Part shown: piece by piece, positions 13,747-28,255 of the stretch
How the letters are laid out: each line of letters opens with the position of its first letter
How positions within the stretch are numbered: the first letter of the stretch is position 1
DNA from: Octopus sinensis
Lineage: Eukaryota
Direction: 5' to 3'
Length of the DNA: 64,000 bases
NCBI RefSeq assembly: GCF_006345805.1
Contig: NW_021833230.1
Location: 17,697 to 81,696 of the forward strand
Notes under the pieces: generated by a model
Seen by the model: the letters and a program-made list of their open reading frames with translations, nothing else
Told to the model about the DNA's origin: nothing
Databases searched by the model: none
Program-made: the position numbers and the translations under genes

Positions 13747-14851
13747 AAGGATATGAACACATAAATATGAATGTATGTATATCTGTGTATGTGTGTGTTT
13801 GTGTGTGTATGTGTGTGTACGTATGTAAATGCTATATGTGTGATATATTTACACATACATATGTTTCCATAATGATATATATATATATATATATATATAT
13901 CTATATATATGTATGTGTGTGTGTGTGTATAAAGTATAAATACATACGCATGCACACAAATATATGTGATTGTGTGCGCATGAGTACACGCCTGCGTTTA
14001 CAAACGTCTGGAAAGTGCATTCAGTATCTGGAAAAACAGTTTATAAAAATTAGCTAGTGATTCACTCTCGTGGTATTCAATTTCACACACGTGCTCGCAC
14101 TCAAAGTATAGACATGCGATCCTTCGGACGATATGGTCAATATATATTTAGATATATATATATATATTTTAAATAATGGGACGTACTAGCAGGACTTATA
14201 TGCTTCATTCTCAATGATTAAGACTGGTCATATGATCGTTTTCCTCGTGATTGCAGATCCATTGTTCCTGAGTCTCAGTGGTGTACAAGAAGCAATTTTG
14301 TTCAAGGTTTTCGCTGTCAGGCCCAATTACACTGGGAACCTGGTAAGAACTAGGAAAACCCGATTTTTATTAAGTGTTACATTCTGACATCAGCAGGTTT
14401 TATGAATTTTTCTATAATATATCTACACTGGTTCTGGTCAATAGATAACGTCTCTGATCTCCAGTTAAAGGGTGATGCAGGCTGCTTCAGGATTTGAAAG
14501 ATGTCATTTACATAAATTTAGAGTTACCGATCTCTTTAAATTATTGCCAAAGAGAACTGAATTTGACACATCCTTTTACACCTTTACTTCCACACTTGAA
14601 TGACTCATAAACAATCACAAAATTCCGAAATCAAATCAGAATAAATCTCCTCACCATAACTTCCTAGCAATCCTTAACTTACAAAAACATACTTTTCTCC
14701 TATCCTTTCAATCCCCTATTCCAACACAAGTATTTCACCGGTTTACCTACATCAAGCCTAATCATCATCCACATAACTCTATCTACCCCAGAAAAAAACC
14801 CATCCCAAACACTATATAAACCTCCAACTAAAAAAAGGAACCTAGGTAAAG

Positions 14852-14894
14852 CATAGTCTGACGAAAGCGAACAAGCTGAAATTTTTAAGTTATG
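14852..14894 (+). ncRNA. Hammerhead-like motif in a probable PLE pseudo-LTR remnant
   Basis: CATAGT-CTGACGA-A-AGC-GAACAA-GCT-GAAA-TTTTTAA-GTTATG. TATATAAA at 14813 and AATAAA at 14926 flank it. Stem III is degenerate. Confidence 0.45.
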
Positions 14895-15117
14895 GTCAAC
14901 ATTTTTCTATTTTTTTCTAAAAGTTAATAAACATGTACTCTACTAAAATGTATCGGTTAATCATTCAGTTTAATGCTAAATTGTTTTTGTATATACTTTC
15001 ACATAAAACAAATATTAATTTATATTCAAACGAAGGAAAGAGGTGCTCAGTACGTATTATAGAGACCCTACTGTGGACAAGGCTACGTGGCGTTCGACTA
15101 TAAATAAATAAAAATAC

Positions 15118-15651
15118 ACATTAAGTACAGGACATCACTAACGAGTGAAAAATATGTAAACACTCAGGAGATAATTACAGGACAAAAAAAAACCCAAAAG
15201 GAGATAACTCGCTCGTCAGTTCTCGACTGCTTTACTACTTCGCTCCTGTCTTTTCTGGACAAGACGTCCAACGGGCTGGACGTCATTTATCTCACTTCCC
15301 GACATTTTTTCTCTTTTTCTACTACTTTCTTCTTTTCTATTTATTCTAATTACTTTCTTCCAGGTGTTGCTTTTTACAATTCGTTTAGGCCTAACGTCTA
15401 TTGTTTACTTTGTATGTTCACTCTGTTGTAGTCTGTTCGTTCGAAGCACTAACTCTCCACAATTTTCATATTTCTAAAATTTCTGGATGCTGCTGTTTCA
15501 TGAAGTTTTCCTATTTTCTCGTTACAAGCACGAAATAGGAAGTAGTAAAACAGTCGACACCTGACGAGCGAGTTATCTCCTTTTGGTCCAGTACCTCATC
15601 ACTCGTGTGTTTAGGATTTTTCACTCGTTGGTGATGCCCTGTACTTAGTGT
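15118..15651. mobile_element. Fold-back / MITE-like element with ~115-125-bp imperfect inverted arms
   Basis: 15118-15241 is the reverse complement of 15539-15651 (for example CCAAAAGGAGATAACTCGCTCGTCAG / CTGACGAGCGAGTTATCTCCTTTTGG). The right end abuts (TA)n. Confidence 0.85.
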
Positions 15652-15965
<314 letters not shown>

Positions 15966-16914
15966 GGATCTATGTATGTGAATATACATGTATGAATATA
16001 TTATACAGGTGTGTGTATGTGTGCGTGTGTGCGTGCGTATGTGCGCGCGTGTGTGTTCGAATATATACGTGATAAATTTATTATATTTTGCACATGCACA
16101 CTGTTATATATCTAAAAGTGCAGGCAAATGCAGAAATGATATGCATAAAAAGAATCATCTACAGATTTTGAAACGCATCTTTGGAACAAAAAACAAAAAA
16201 AACGGAATTTTCGAAAAACATATAAAACACCTACTTATGACCACTATAATGTAACATTGTTTAAGGGATTTTGGGGTCCCTTTTTCTTTTGTCTTGCTGC
16301 CTTAAGGATCAAATCAACATTCATTTGAAAATTTTACCCTTTTCATCACGTTTCTTGCAACCTTTTATCTATGAGAGTTTCCAATTTTTAAATTCCTCTT
16401 TCATTCAAAACCATCTACATGTAAATACAGATATGAACATTAAATGATGCATACAGGGCATGCACGCGCGCACACACGTGCGGAACATGCGCATACATGC
16501 ATACACACACATACAGAGAGATACACGCAGGAATATATATATATATATGCATAGACACAAACGTTTATATGAGTAGCTACATATAAATACTCATACACAC
16601 ACATATGTAAACACACACACACATGTACACATATGTATATATATATATTGTTCCAATATTCGTAATTAAAGGCACGAATGTGTGTTCATATGCATAGGAA
16701 CAAACATATGCATATGCATACATACATATAAACACACACACATTTATATATATATACATATAGAATTATATATATGCATATATATATAATTCCACTATAC
16801 GTAGTTATGAGAAAAATCTATCGTATATGAGAAAGCACGTCCGCGCGCGCACACACACACACACACATATAAAAAGAAGCACTATCTTACGTATGTTTCA
16901 TGAACATTAAATGA

Positions 16915-17076
16915 ATATTGGTTTCAATTTATGCACAAGACCAGCAATTTCGGGGGAGGCTGTTAGTTGATTGAATTGACCTAAATACTCAACTGGTACT
17001 TATTTTAACCCTGTAAGAACGAAAGGCAAAGTTGACCTCGGTGGAATTTGAACTCAGAATGTAAAGACGGACAAAA
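16915..17076 (-). mobile_element. SINE family A fragment (alternative tail)
   Basis: GAAAGGCAAAGTTGACCTCGGTGGAATTTGAACTCAGAA matches the family A reverse complement. Confidence 0.8.
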
Positions 17077-17675
17077 TGGTGGTTATTAGTTGCATTACGT
17101 AAATTACGTAATCAAGAATTATTGTCAAATCATCAGAGATGTGTAACATTTATATCCAGTATTAATTGGATGCTAGATATGTTGATAGAAGAAACATCAT
17201 AGAAAAAGCGAGAAACTTTGTTCAGTTAACTCAGGAGAGTAGATGCTGCTACTGGATTGGGAAATCCACATGAAAAGGCAGGAGTTAGATAGGAGATAGA
17301 ATGTGGTAGATGCTCATCCTTACATACATACATACATGCATACATACATACATGCATACATGCATATATACATACATACATACATACATACATACATACA
17401 TACTCATAAACAGGATTATAAGTATACAATAGTCTCCTCCGTATATCTGCATCCTGTATACGCAACTTAGGCAATAAAAACAAACACTCGAATAAGTATT
17501 TCATCCGCAGATGTTATTCACTCCTGAACCGTACCCTCTTTAGGTATTAAAGTAGACGCTAACCCAGGCCGACTAAATCAACTAAATCTTTATTCCAATC
17601 GACCTGGATTATATTATGGACAATGTTCTGAAATTGCATAGACACTTTCACGTGTCATACTTAATATATATGCAG

Positions 17676-17716
17676 GACTAGCTTAAGGTGACCCGCTCTA
17701 CGTGCGGGTAAGATTG
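17676..17716 (+). mobile_element. Possible terminus of a non-autonomous Helitron-like element
   Basis: ACTAGC..ACCCGC-TCTACGT-GCGGGT hairpin. Matching opposite-end-like sequences (AAATTT.GAG..AATC.GATG..CAGACA.ACA.A..TAGAT) occur at ~19200-19300 and ~46885-46981. Based on recalled motif resemblance only. Confidence 0.35.
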
Positions 17717-18579
17717 TGGTTGTTATTTTCTGTTGCTTCCTTTCTGCTTTTTATCACCACATTCTCCCTTTGTTTCTCTCCCCTTTCTCTCTCTCTTTCC
17801 CACTCTCTTACTCTTCATTTCTCTCGGATTCTCCCTCGCTTTCTCTTACTCTCTATCGTTCTCTTTCTATCTCTCTACCATTTATAAACAACAAAAAATC
17901 TTGAGTAAGTTGAGAAAGTAAATATTTTGAAAGATCAATCATAAATATCAGGTAGTGACCACGGAAAGGTCTGCTTCAAGGCAGACAGCAAAACACTAAC
18001 AATTAAAAGGGACAGACGAACTTCCGAGCTGAATAAAAATAAAAAAGAATATTGGAAACCAAAGTTTGAAGGGATAGAATCTGAGGATAGTAGAGTCACC
18101 ATGGCTGGCATTTCTTAACGACGGACAGCAACGTAGTGGCAGTTTAACGGCTGGCGTAAAATTTTGAACTTGATGTAAAAGAAAATTCCTAAACACCAAG
18201 TTTTGAAGTGATTCTTTTTCACGACAATAGACTCACTGTGGCGAGCATTCAAAACTTCTTCATCAATGTGTTGGATGGCAACACATTGAAGATTTAAAGG
18301 CTGGCGCAATTTTTTTAGCTTGATGTAACAGAGAATTCCTAAACACCCGCTCCTGTAAATTTTAATCCCCTTCCAGCCCCATTTAGACCCCTTTTCATAT
18401 TTTGGTTAATATAACCCGATTTCATTCAGGTCTACTAGGGCCACATTTTATAAGATGAGGAATTTTGTCCTAGAGATCACGCCTTTCATTTAAGGAAAAA
18501 AATAGTTGCCATACAAACTCGCCAGCACTTTTAACATAGGTGTGCATATTTTCAGCTCAACCGACCACATAATGGACAC

Positions 18580-18704
<125 letters not shown>

Positions 18705-18708
18705 GCAT

Positions 18709-18741
<33 letters not shown>

Positions 18742-19999
18742 ACGCATTATATATACAAATGTATACAAATTATATATATTTATATATATACATATATATA
18801 CACTTTGTATATATACATTATATATACATATATAAATTAACGCAATAAATATCTGATTCATAATATTTTTTTGTCATGATTGTGTGGTGGTGGTGGCGAT
18901 AATAAAACTCACTACGAATGCAGACAGACATGCAGAGAGAGAGAGAGAGAGGGGGTGGTGAGGGAAAGAGGAACAGTGCTGGCGAAGGCGGCGGGGGGAA
19001 AGATAGTAGTATGTGTCAAACGTCGTTATAGAGAGAAAGTGATGGGAAGGGAGGAAACAGAGAGAGATGGAGGAAGACATGCAGATAAGAGAATGAGAGA
19101 AGACTTGTCAAAGTGTGCGTTTTCTGCCCTAGTAACGACACCTTTTAAGATAGGGATTTCTAACCTAGCCCACTCGCATCCTCATCCCATTTTACATGTC
19201 CCTATAAATTTTGGAGTCAATCCGATGGGACCTAGTGCCCTTTAACCCGTTCCAATGCCAAAACCAGACAAACAAACTTTTCGCATAAAGATTTATAGAT
19301 ATTGATGATAAGCCAGTTAATGCGGAGTTAGCCTCAGATAGCTTCTCTTATGGACGTGTTCTGTTAAAAACAATAATTATCGGAAGGAGCCGAAAAGTCT
19401 CCTTAGTAGTTGACTACCGACATAGGTCATTGAAAACACCGAAATGTATTGGGCGTTCTCGCTGCCTGCTGCTGGTCGATGTACTCAATACACAGAACCA
19501 AATTCCCAGCCCACATACACATATATAAATACACAGACTCATATATTTATTCAAGGAAAAACTTGCTGGATAAATTCAGGTGTCCTGATGATTTCAGAGC
19601 GTTTAGAATGCTTTTTATGCTTTGATACTGGTGATGCGTTTCCATCTTCAGTCGGTAGCTCCTTAGAAACTTTGTAGACGAAAGATCTGGCAAAATTTAA
19701 AAATCGAGACATTTCTAAATCGCTATGTTCAGCCTTTATAACCACAATAACAGCATGCCACCTCATTTCATGAGTAAGCTAAGGGTCTGCCATTATTATT
19801 TGCTGAAACAAAGATTATACCGAGTGAGCAAAAAATGCGGCAATGATCCCAAAAAATGTATGTCCTGAAATACCTTACACACCCTATATATACATATATG
19901 TATGTATGTATGAAAACGTAAGTATATATATGTATATGCTTATATGTGCGCACACACACACATACACATACCTACGTATTTGTATAAATATATAAAGCA

Positions 20000-21074
20000 T
20001 GCGATTGGTACATTGTCGCCATTTTATATTTTTAAAGCGCATTGTTTGTTTTTGATTTTGTCGATTAGACAGTAAAATAGGGCCCGTTGGGAACTTTCTG
20101 CGAGAAAAACAACACCATGACGCAATTCACTCTGTCTAGAAATTCGGAAACGACATGGTATACTGCCTATCATTCGCGCTGGAAGCTCCAATACGAATAT
20201 TTTAGAGTGTTTGGGTGTCAAGGTAGTGCATGAAAACATTCAGTATTCCTCATACAAGAGGAGAAAGGGCCAATTTTTATCCCAAGCCATCAAAGACAAG
20301 AGGAAAAACCGCTCTACGAACCTTTTCAACAAACTCAAGCACTCCTTCCAACCCAACGTTTTGGCTTTCCTCAGTCGAGAAGAATCTCTGCCAGGATCAG
20401 ATGGTGAAGACACAGAACAACTGTTGGCTTGCTGTGTCCCCCAAAACATGTATCTAAAAGGATAAAAATCAAACATCCAGTCAACATCATGGTGTTTGGA
20501 GTGATCACTGGTGATGGTGACATTATGCCTCCATTCATCTTCCCACACGGCCTCTGATTGAACACAGAGACCTACATAAGGGCCTGGAGGAGGTAGTGTT
20601 GCCCTGGGTCAAAAGAGTGGCTGCTGGAAAACTCTATGGCTAGCAACAGAGAACTCTGCGCCATGCCGCACAAGCAGGAGAGCCCAGTCATGGCTGTCAG
20701 ACAATTTCTGCCACTACATCACCCCTAATATCTAGCCACCTAACTCTCCAGACTACAACCCCCTTGATTATTATGTGTGGGGCGCAGTTGAGCAAGAGAC
20801 CAACAAACTCTTTGTCACATCAAAGATGAACTGAAGGTAAGGATTATGAAAACATTCACCAGCTTAAACAAGGAGACCATCAGAAGAATTGTAAAAGTTT
20901 CTTAAGTCGTCTGGAGGCCATAGTTGAAGCCAATGGCGATTTTATTAAATAAATTTACTCTTTAGTATTTCAAGTTATTTTTATGTAATTTTGGTAAATA
21001 TATCTGTTAAAATGAGATGTCAGTGATATTTTCCTTTTTGCGTAATTTAGATGACAATTTATTACCACAGCCTG
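20000..21074 (+). mobile_element. Decayed Tc1/mariner DD37D (maT) transposon
   Basis: Frameshifted transposase: KHPVNIMVFGVITGDGDIMPPFIFPHGL..EEVVLPWVKRVAAG..QQ.NSAPCRTSRRAQSWLSDNFCHYITPNI*PPNSPDYNPLDYYVWGAVE..RLEAIVEANGDFIK*. There are 37 residues between the 2nd (mutated to N) and 3rd catalytic positions. The right end is GACAATTTATTACCACAGCCTG+TA. Confidence 0.92.
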
Positions 21075-21238
21075 TACGCACACACAAACACACACACACA
21101 CGCGCACACACACACACACACACACACATATACATACGCTCATGATCATGTGTCTATTATTATAAATTTGTGTGCATGTGTGCGTTTATGTATGTATGTA
21201 TATATATATATATATTATATATATATATAATATATATA

Positions 21239-21311
<73 letters not shown>

Positions 21312-22089
21312 TAAAGAGATGTATATATACATATACATGCACAACTACCTATCTATTGCATTTCATACCCTGCAACACTAATCCACTTTTCTTTTTGCTG
21401 GAAAGGGTTTTTCTTGCCCTCAATATCTTCGCTTGTATTTTGGTCGATGTGAGACAATTACAATGGAAACGGAAATGGAATATTCCTTTCTCGCTTTGGC
21501 TGAAACAAAATAATCATGTTCCAAAGAAAAAAGTGTAAGGAAAAAGAAAATCAATCTTCAAACAGCTTGTTATAAAGGGTGTGATTTTTCTTAGTATTTC
21601 TTTTTTTTGTTAAACCTTCGGGCTGAGTTTGGGTTTGGGTTTGGGTGTTTGGGATTTTGATTCTCAATTTGGAGATTGTGTTGGGGGTTTTTAGTTGGTG
21701 TGCAAGTACTGAGCAAATGACACAGAATTGAATTATAATCATACCTCTTGAGAATCTACTTAACAATCACCAATTTCTACTTTGACACAAATGATCTCAT
21801 CATATTGCGAGAACTCAACATAGAAGGAAAAGAAGAATAGGCAGGCAGACAGGCCGGCAAGGCAAGCAGGCAAGCAGGCGAGCGGGAGGGGAAAGGAGGT
21901 AGAGTCAATCTTTGCTCTATGCTGTTTGTTATTTTAACTGCCAGAAAAGGATTTCTTCAAGCTGTCCATATCTTCTGCTGTCTTTGCCAGCAGTGATAAT
22001 TAGAACTCTGTTACTGGAATAGATCAAAGATCATTAAAAGTCTTCGCAAAAGATCACTCACAGCTCTTTTGTCTTCTACTTCTATTTCA

Positions 22090-22378
22090 TCCTCCTCCTC
22101 CTTCTTCTACCCCCCTCCTCCTTCTTCTTGCCTCAACTTCGTAATCTTCATCCTCGTCATCCTTCACATTTTTCATCTGCATGATCATCAAGATCGTCAT
22201 CAGCATAATGATGGTGATGATGATGATGATGACGACGACGATGATGATGATGATAATAATAGTAATAATAATAATAACAATAATAATAATAATAATAATA
22301 ATAATGATAATAATAATAACAATAATAATAATAACAATAATAATAATAATAATAATGATGATGATGATGATGATGATG

Positions 22379-22417
<39 letters not shown>

Positions 22418-22622
22418 TCAGAAACAGCAAAAATAATAACGAGGGTGTTCATCATAATCACTATTGTCATAAGCTTCATTATCGTCGTCATCGTCGTCGT
22501 CGACGTCATCATCATCATCATCATCTTCATCATCATCATTCTCGTTGTCATCGTCGTCGTCGTCGTCATCACGATGACGATCATGATCATGATCATGAGC
22601 ATCGTCATCATCTTCGTTATCG
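22090..22622. repeat. Compound (GAT)n/(AAT)n/(CAT)n/(CGT)n microsatellite
   Basis: Adjacent trinucleotide runs. Confidence 0.93.
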
Positions 22623-22990
22623 TAAACATGCAATCTGTAGCAAATAGACATACGCGAACGCATGCATACACAACCGCGTACGCGCACACTCACACACATA
22701 CGTCACATACACATTAGATGCACGCAGAAACGGGCATGCAATCATTGTAAAACATCACAACTCTCACACCTTTCAAAACCAAACCACCTTCCCTCTTCCT
22801 TCATCTTCTAGCTTTTCTACTTTATGCAAAAGAAAAAATTGCACATCCTTAGAGGGGCGCACGTATGCACACACACACATACACGCACTCGTAAGTATAC
22901 ATGTATGAGTACATATGTACATGTATATATATATATAATATATATATATATATATGTATGTGTGTATATATATTTATATATATGTATATA

Positions 22991-23040
<50 letters not shown>

Positions 23041-23104
23041 TATATATATATAATATACCTGTGTGTGAGAATGTATTTATCTATCTATATATCTATATGT
23101 ATGC

Positions 23105-23143
<39 letters not shown>

Positions 23144-23181
23144 TGTGTGCGTGTGTGTGTATTTATGTGTGTATATATATG

Positions 23182-23227
<46 letters not shown>

Positions 23228-24177
23228 GTATATATATATATATGTATATATATATATAGTGATGCATACACACAAAGATATAAACGCACACACACACACC
23301 AACATATACATATATATATATATATATACACACATACATGTGTAGATGTGTATATTCCCTTATTCACACATTCTCACCATCAACGACTGCAATGATTAAA
23401 CGACATTGAACGAAATAAAGGAGAAAACACACAAATACTCATACACACACACACAACACACACAAACACATACTCTAGTATACGCACTCACATTCACACA
23501 CACACACTCGCACAGAGAACAAACGGGGATGGCATATTTACCACACACAGAAGATCAGTATTAATTAGTTTGTTCTTGGCGAGAAAGTTCAGAGAAATAA
23601 TTGATGCCTTCCAAATGATCACAGAGTAGCGTTTGGTCTTGAAGATAAACTCCCAATAACAATATCTCTAGCATCTTTCGTTCGGTTCACTCCTCTAGAA
23701 AACGTTATCCGGCCTTCATTTGATTGGTTACAAAAGGATGCGGCGTGCGGGGGAGAGGCGGCGATGACGATGGCTAGGATGATTGTCTTGATGATGATGA
23801 TGACGATGATGATGTTGCTTGTGATGTTGATGATGGTGATGATGACGATGATGATGGTAATGATGAGAACGGTAAAGGTGATGGTTGTGTAGAGGCTTTT
23901 TGTAAACGATTAGGTTGGCGCTACTTTTAAAGCTATGTAACTTCTCAGTTGGTCGTTTCAATACTGTCTATTAGAAAGACACTATAAAACGGCTCCTCTT
24001 CATCTCTCTCTTTCTCCCTCCTTACCACACGTATATGTATGCATATTATTGCATACTCGCGTATGTGTATGTATATATATGTATATAGTTATGTGTGTAC
24101 ATACAAACATATATACATATGTATATATGTGTATATATATGTATATATTTATGTGTGTGTACATACATATATATGTA

Positions 24178-24221
<44 letters not shown>

Positions 24222-24305
24222 TATCATTTATCAATAAGCATACATATACATGCACACACATATATATGTATATGTATATATATGTGTATACATATATATG
24301 TATAC

Positions 24306-24374
<69 letters not shown>

Positions 24375-24997
24375 CATATGCACACACATATATGTGTGTG
24401 TGTATGTGTGGGTTTCCTCATGCGTTCAGCCTTACATAAGACCAAGTATGGAAGCTTAGTCATAGACAGCCGTAAGCACGTGCAGATAAGAGCACACATA
24501 CAACACTATGTGCGCCACACACACACCACACACACGCACGCATACACACAAGCACACAAAACCACAAGCATAAACATGTTCATACACACAGTCACACAAC
24601 TAGACTCTCATGTATAAAAGGGTTGGCATGTGCGGTCGCTATGTATTTGTATTCATATATATGTATATATATATGCGTGTATACGCACACACATACATAT
24701 ACGCATATCATAGCACATTTGTGTAAAACATCCATACACAAATACATGCATATATATGTGTGTGTGTGTGCGTGTATGTGTATGTTTGTGGCACTCACAC
24801 ATAGCTCACACATGTGTGTTCGCGTACGTTTGTGTGTGTGCGAGTGTATACACGCGATTATATATAGACACGGATTATATAAACACGGAAACCCACAAAC
24901 AGCATCACACTCTATATATGTATATAGACTTCAGCAATGTAAATACACACGCGTTGTTGGCGATTTCTTTTCTGTCTTTGTAAATTTTCCTTTCTGC

Positions 24998-25030
24998 TTT
25001 CCGATGAAGAGCTATGCTCGAAACGTCAAA
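24998..25030 (+). ncRNA. Minimal hammerhead-like motif (core CCGAUGA) in a short PLE-type element (~24950-25130)
   Basis: TTT-CCGATGA-A-GAGC-TAT-GCTC-GAAA-CG-TC-AAA, with a palindromic ACGT in place of stem III. AATAAA follows downstream. Confidence 0.7.
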
Positions 25031-25560
25031 TATTCTCTCTCTTTTTTACTGAGCGTCAAACTAATAAATTCCCTGAGCACATCCTCTTATTGTCTGTTAT
25101 TGTTAATTTTATTGTTTGTTTATTTATACTGATCACACACACACACAAACACAAACTCAAATACACGCATTCACACACACATATTCACTCGCATATATAT
25201 ATGTAGGTACGTGTATGTGTGTGCACATATATATATACGTGTGTGTGTGTGTGTATGTATATGTATATGTATGTATATATGTATGTATGTGCATATGTAT
25301 ACAAAAGTGATAAATGTACCTCGCCGTCGCCTAGGACACGACGCTGGTCCATTGTACGATTACTCATTTTGCTAGCTGAATGGTGTGGGGTTACGTAAAA
25401 TCAGGAATATAACGCTTCGCCCTGTCCACACACGATCATGACTGCGACACCTTAACCAATGTAGAATATAGTTTAAAAATTTTGATACGGCGCTTATGCT
25501 AGCGTGCTCCCCATTACATACAGTAAGTTTCATTCTGCTAGACTACCCATACCTCCACGA

Positions 25561-25965
25561 ACTACATTAATTCCGGCACGTAGGGTAAGCTGCATCCCAC
25601 GTCCATGGGCTACGTTTAACCTGGCACTTAGGTTAGGCTGTCCCTCACTATACGGACCACGTTTAATCCGGCACTTAATTAATTAGGTAGTGATTAATTA
25701 GTTAAGTAGTTAATTAGCTAGTTATTTATTTAATCAGTTAATTAAATTAGTTAATTAATTACTTAGTTAGTTAATTACTTAGCTATATAATTAGCTAATT
25801 AGTTAAGTAGTTAGATAATCAGGTAATTAATTAGTTACTTAGGTAATTAATTACTTAGTTTATTAGTTAGTTACTTAATGAATGAGTCAATTCGTAACTT
25901 AATTTGTTCGTTAGTCAGTTTGCTAGTTAATTAATTAGTTAGTTGATATTTATTAATTAGTTAAT
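25561..25965. repeat. Degenerate ~47-bp tandem repeat (about 2.5 units) followed by TTAA/TTAG low-complexity DNA
   Basis: CTACATTAATTCCGGCACGTAGG, CTACGTTTAACCTGGCACTTAGG and CCACGTTTAATCCGGCACTTAAT at ~47-bp spacing. Confidence 0.75.
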
Positions 25966-26057
25966 CGCATAAACCGATTTAATTTTGTATTTCGTTATTT
26001 TGGAACGCTGCTGTGACTTCAGCTTCGTAAACATCTGGGTTTATGAAGGATGACTGA

Positions 26058-26228
26058 TCCAGTGGGTAAGACCGAGTCTCGGCAGTAACAACTATGAGTA
26101 ATATATTGATGTGGCTTGCGAGTGATAATGTCCTTCATACTGGGACAGAAGCTGTATGAAATTTTTACCGAATGTCTATTTAAAAATTTATTGTATTTAT
26201 GGTTTACTGGGAAATTCTTCTTTAATAA
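26058..26228 (-). mobile_element. Penelope-like element ORF fragment (RT thumb to GIY-YIG linker)
   Basis: LLKKNFPVNHKYNKFLNRHSVKISYSFCPSMKDIIT..SCYCRDS.LPTG matches the PLE pattern LxxKHFPxxHKLxKIFNRNTVKxSYSCMPNMxxII..CNCR..CPLxG. Confidence 0.85.
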
Positions 26229-27261
26229 TGGCATGCTAATGATTTCTGGTATTTCTAGGTTATCAGTGGGGCAATGGCTATTCAATAGTCAATTAGCAAA
26301 ACTACAAACAAACTGTATGTACCTCTGCCATGTACCTCTGTAATCACCCAATAAAGACACTGAGGACAAGAAACTGGAAAATGTAGGCTTTGACACCTTG
26401 TTTCTGAAAACAAGCTGGCGTGGCCATGACGAGAAAACCTCTAATCCGTTCAATCATGGCTGACCTGTTCCTAAACTACAATAACATTGTGAAAGAGCCA
26501 ATATTTAATTGTTTCTCTCTACGTTGCCATTGTTTTTTTTTTTTTCCTATTAGGAAGGACAATAAAGATAATTACGTATTTAGTAGAGATTACTAGGCCA
26601 ACTATAATGAAACCCTTTCTTAATAGATCTGTTTTATTCCAGTGTCATATCATGCCTATATCTGTGTGTTTGTATAATTAAGGCCTTGCCATGTCTTTCG
26701 AGTTTCATAAACTTCCGGACTCGATAAAATAAAGTAAAAGTCAAATTCTGCAGGATAGCTTTAATAGGCAAAATTTATGGCTCACTAAAAATTTTAGGCA
26801 TTGTGGGTTTAATAGAAATCATAATTAACAGTCAACCTGCGCTAAATAGCAGAATCGGTTGAGCGACGGAAAAAGGCCTTGCTGTATTTAGTTACGTCAT
26901 AAAGTGAAAACTAAATTCAGAGTTTTGTGTTAAAATCATGGGGAAGTTGAATTTGCTTTCATCTTATCAAATCTGCTTTTATCTTATCAAAAATTTGTTT
27001 CATCTAATCAAATAGTTGTTTGGAGAGAAGGTTTTATATACTGTACTATATCTCGTCATCGGCAATTTATAACTTTTGTGTCAATCACTAACATTCTCTC
27101 TCGCTCTCTCTCTCCTTGCTGCTCTCTCTGATTCTCACATACACACAAATACGCGCATATACACATGTGTGTATTTTTGGTGTTTATCGTGTTACAAAAT
27201 GGCCTGCTATTATAACACGTGATTTCTCAGACAAGGCAAGAAAGCCAAATAATCGAAATAG

Positions 27262-27820
27262 TATTGGTTAGAAATTTTGACACAAGGCCAGGAATTTTGG
27301 GTGCGGGAGGTGGGGGTGGGGGGTAAGTCGATTATATCGACCACAGTGGTCAACTAGTACTTATTTTATCGACCCCAAATGACGAGAGGAAAAGTGGATT
27401 TCGGCGGAATTTGAACTCAGAACGTAAAGTAGTCGAAATAATATTGTTTCAAATTTTGGCACAAGGCCAGTAATTTCGAGATAATGACTTAGTCGATTAC
27501 ATTGACCCCAATGCTCAGCTATCATTTACTTTATCGACCTCGAAAGAATGAAAGTCAGCCACAGTATAATTTGAACTCAACGTAAAAACGGACGAAATGC
27601 CGCCAAGCAATTTTCGCGGCGTGCTAACGATTCTACCAGCGCGCCGCCTTAAAAAAAAGTAATATTTAATATTAGTTTCAAATTTTGGCACAAGACCAGT
27701 AATTTCGGGGAAGGAGGTAAGTCGAAGACCTCGACCCCAGTGTACAATCGACCTCGAAAGGATGAAAGGCAAAGTCAACCTCGGCGGAATTTGAACACAG
27801 AACGTAAAAACAGCCGAAAA
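27262..27820 (-). mobile_element. Three stacked SINE family A fragments (alternative tail)
   Basis: Units start at ~27262, 27441 and 27670. Each has AAATTTTG(G/A)CACAAG.CCAG..AGTCGA..CGAC..AATTTGAAC. Confidence 0.88.
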
Positions 27821-27850
27821 TAATCGAAATAATATTAATCATCTTTTCAA

Positions 27851-28255
27851 GGCGGCGAGCTGGCAGAAACGTTAGCACGCCGGGTTAAATACCTAGCGAT
27901 ATTTCGTCTGCCGTTATGTTCTGAGTTCAAATTCCGCCGAGGTCGACTTTGCCTTTCATCCTTTCGGAGTCAATAAATTAAGTACCAGTTACGCACTCGG
28001 GTCGATGTAATCGACTTAATCCGTTTGTCTGTCCTTGTTTGTCCTCTCTGTGTTCAATTACTTGTGGGTAGTAAAGAAATAAGTATTTCGTCTATCTTTA
28101 CGTTCTGAGTTCAAATTTCGCCTAGGTCTGCTTTGCCTTTCATCGTTTCGGTGTCGATAAATTAAGTGCCAGTTCCGTTCTGGGGTCGATCTAATCGACT
28201 GGCCACCTTCCCAAAAATTTCGAGCCTTGTGCCTAGAGTGGAAAAGAATATTAAT
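27851..28255 (+). mobile_element. SINE family A hybrid dimer (standard-tail body + alternative-tail body)
   Basis: Full head at 27852 and junction AAGAAATAAGTATTTCG at ~28083. AATATTAATCATCTT flanks both sides (27831-27845 and 28247-28261). Confidence 0.9.
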
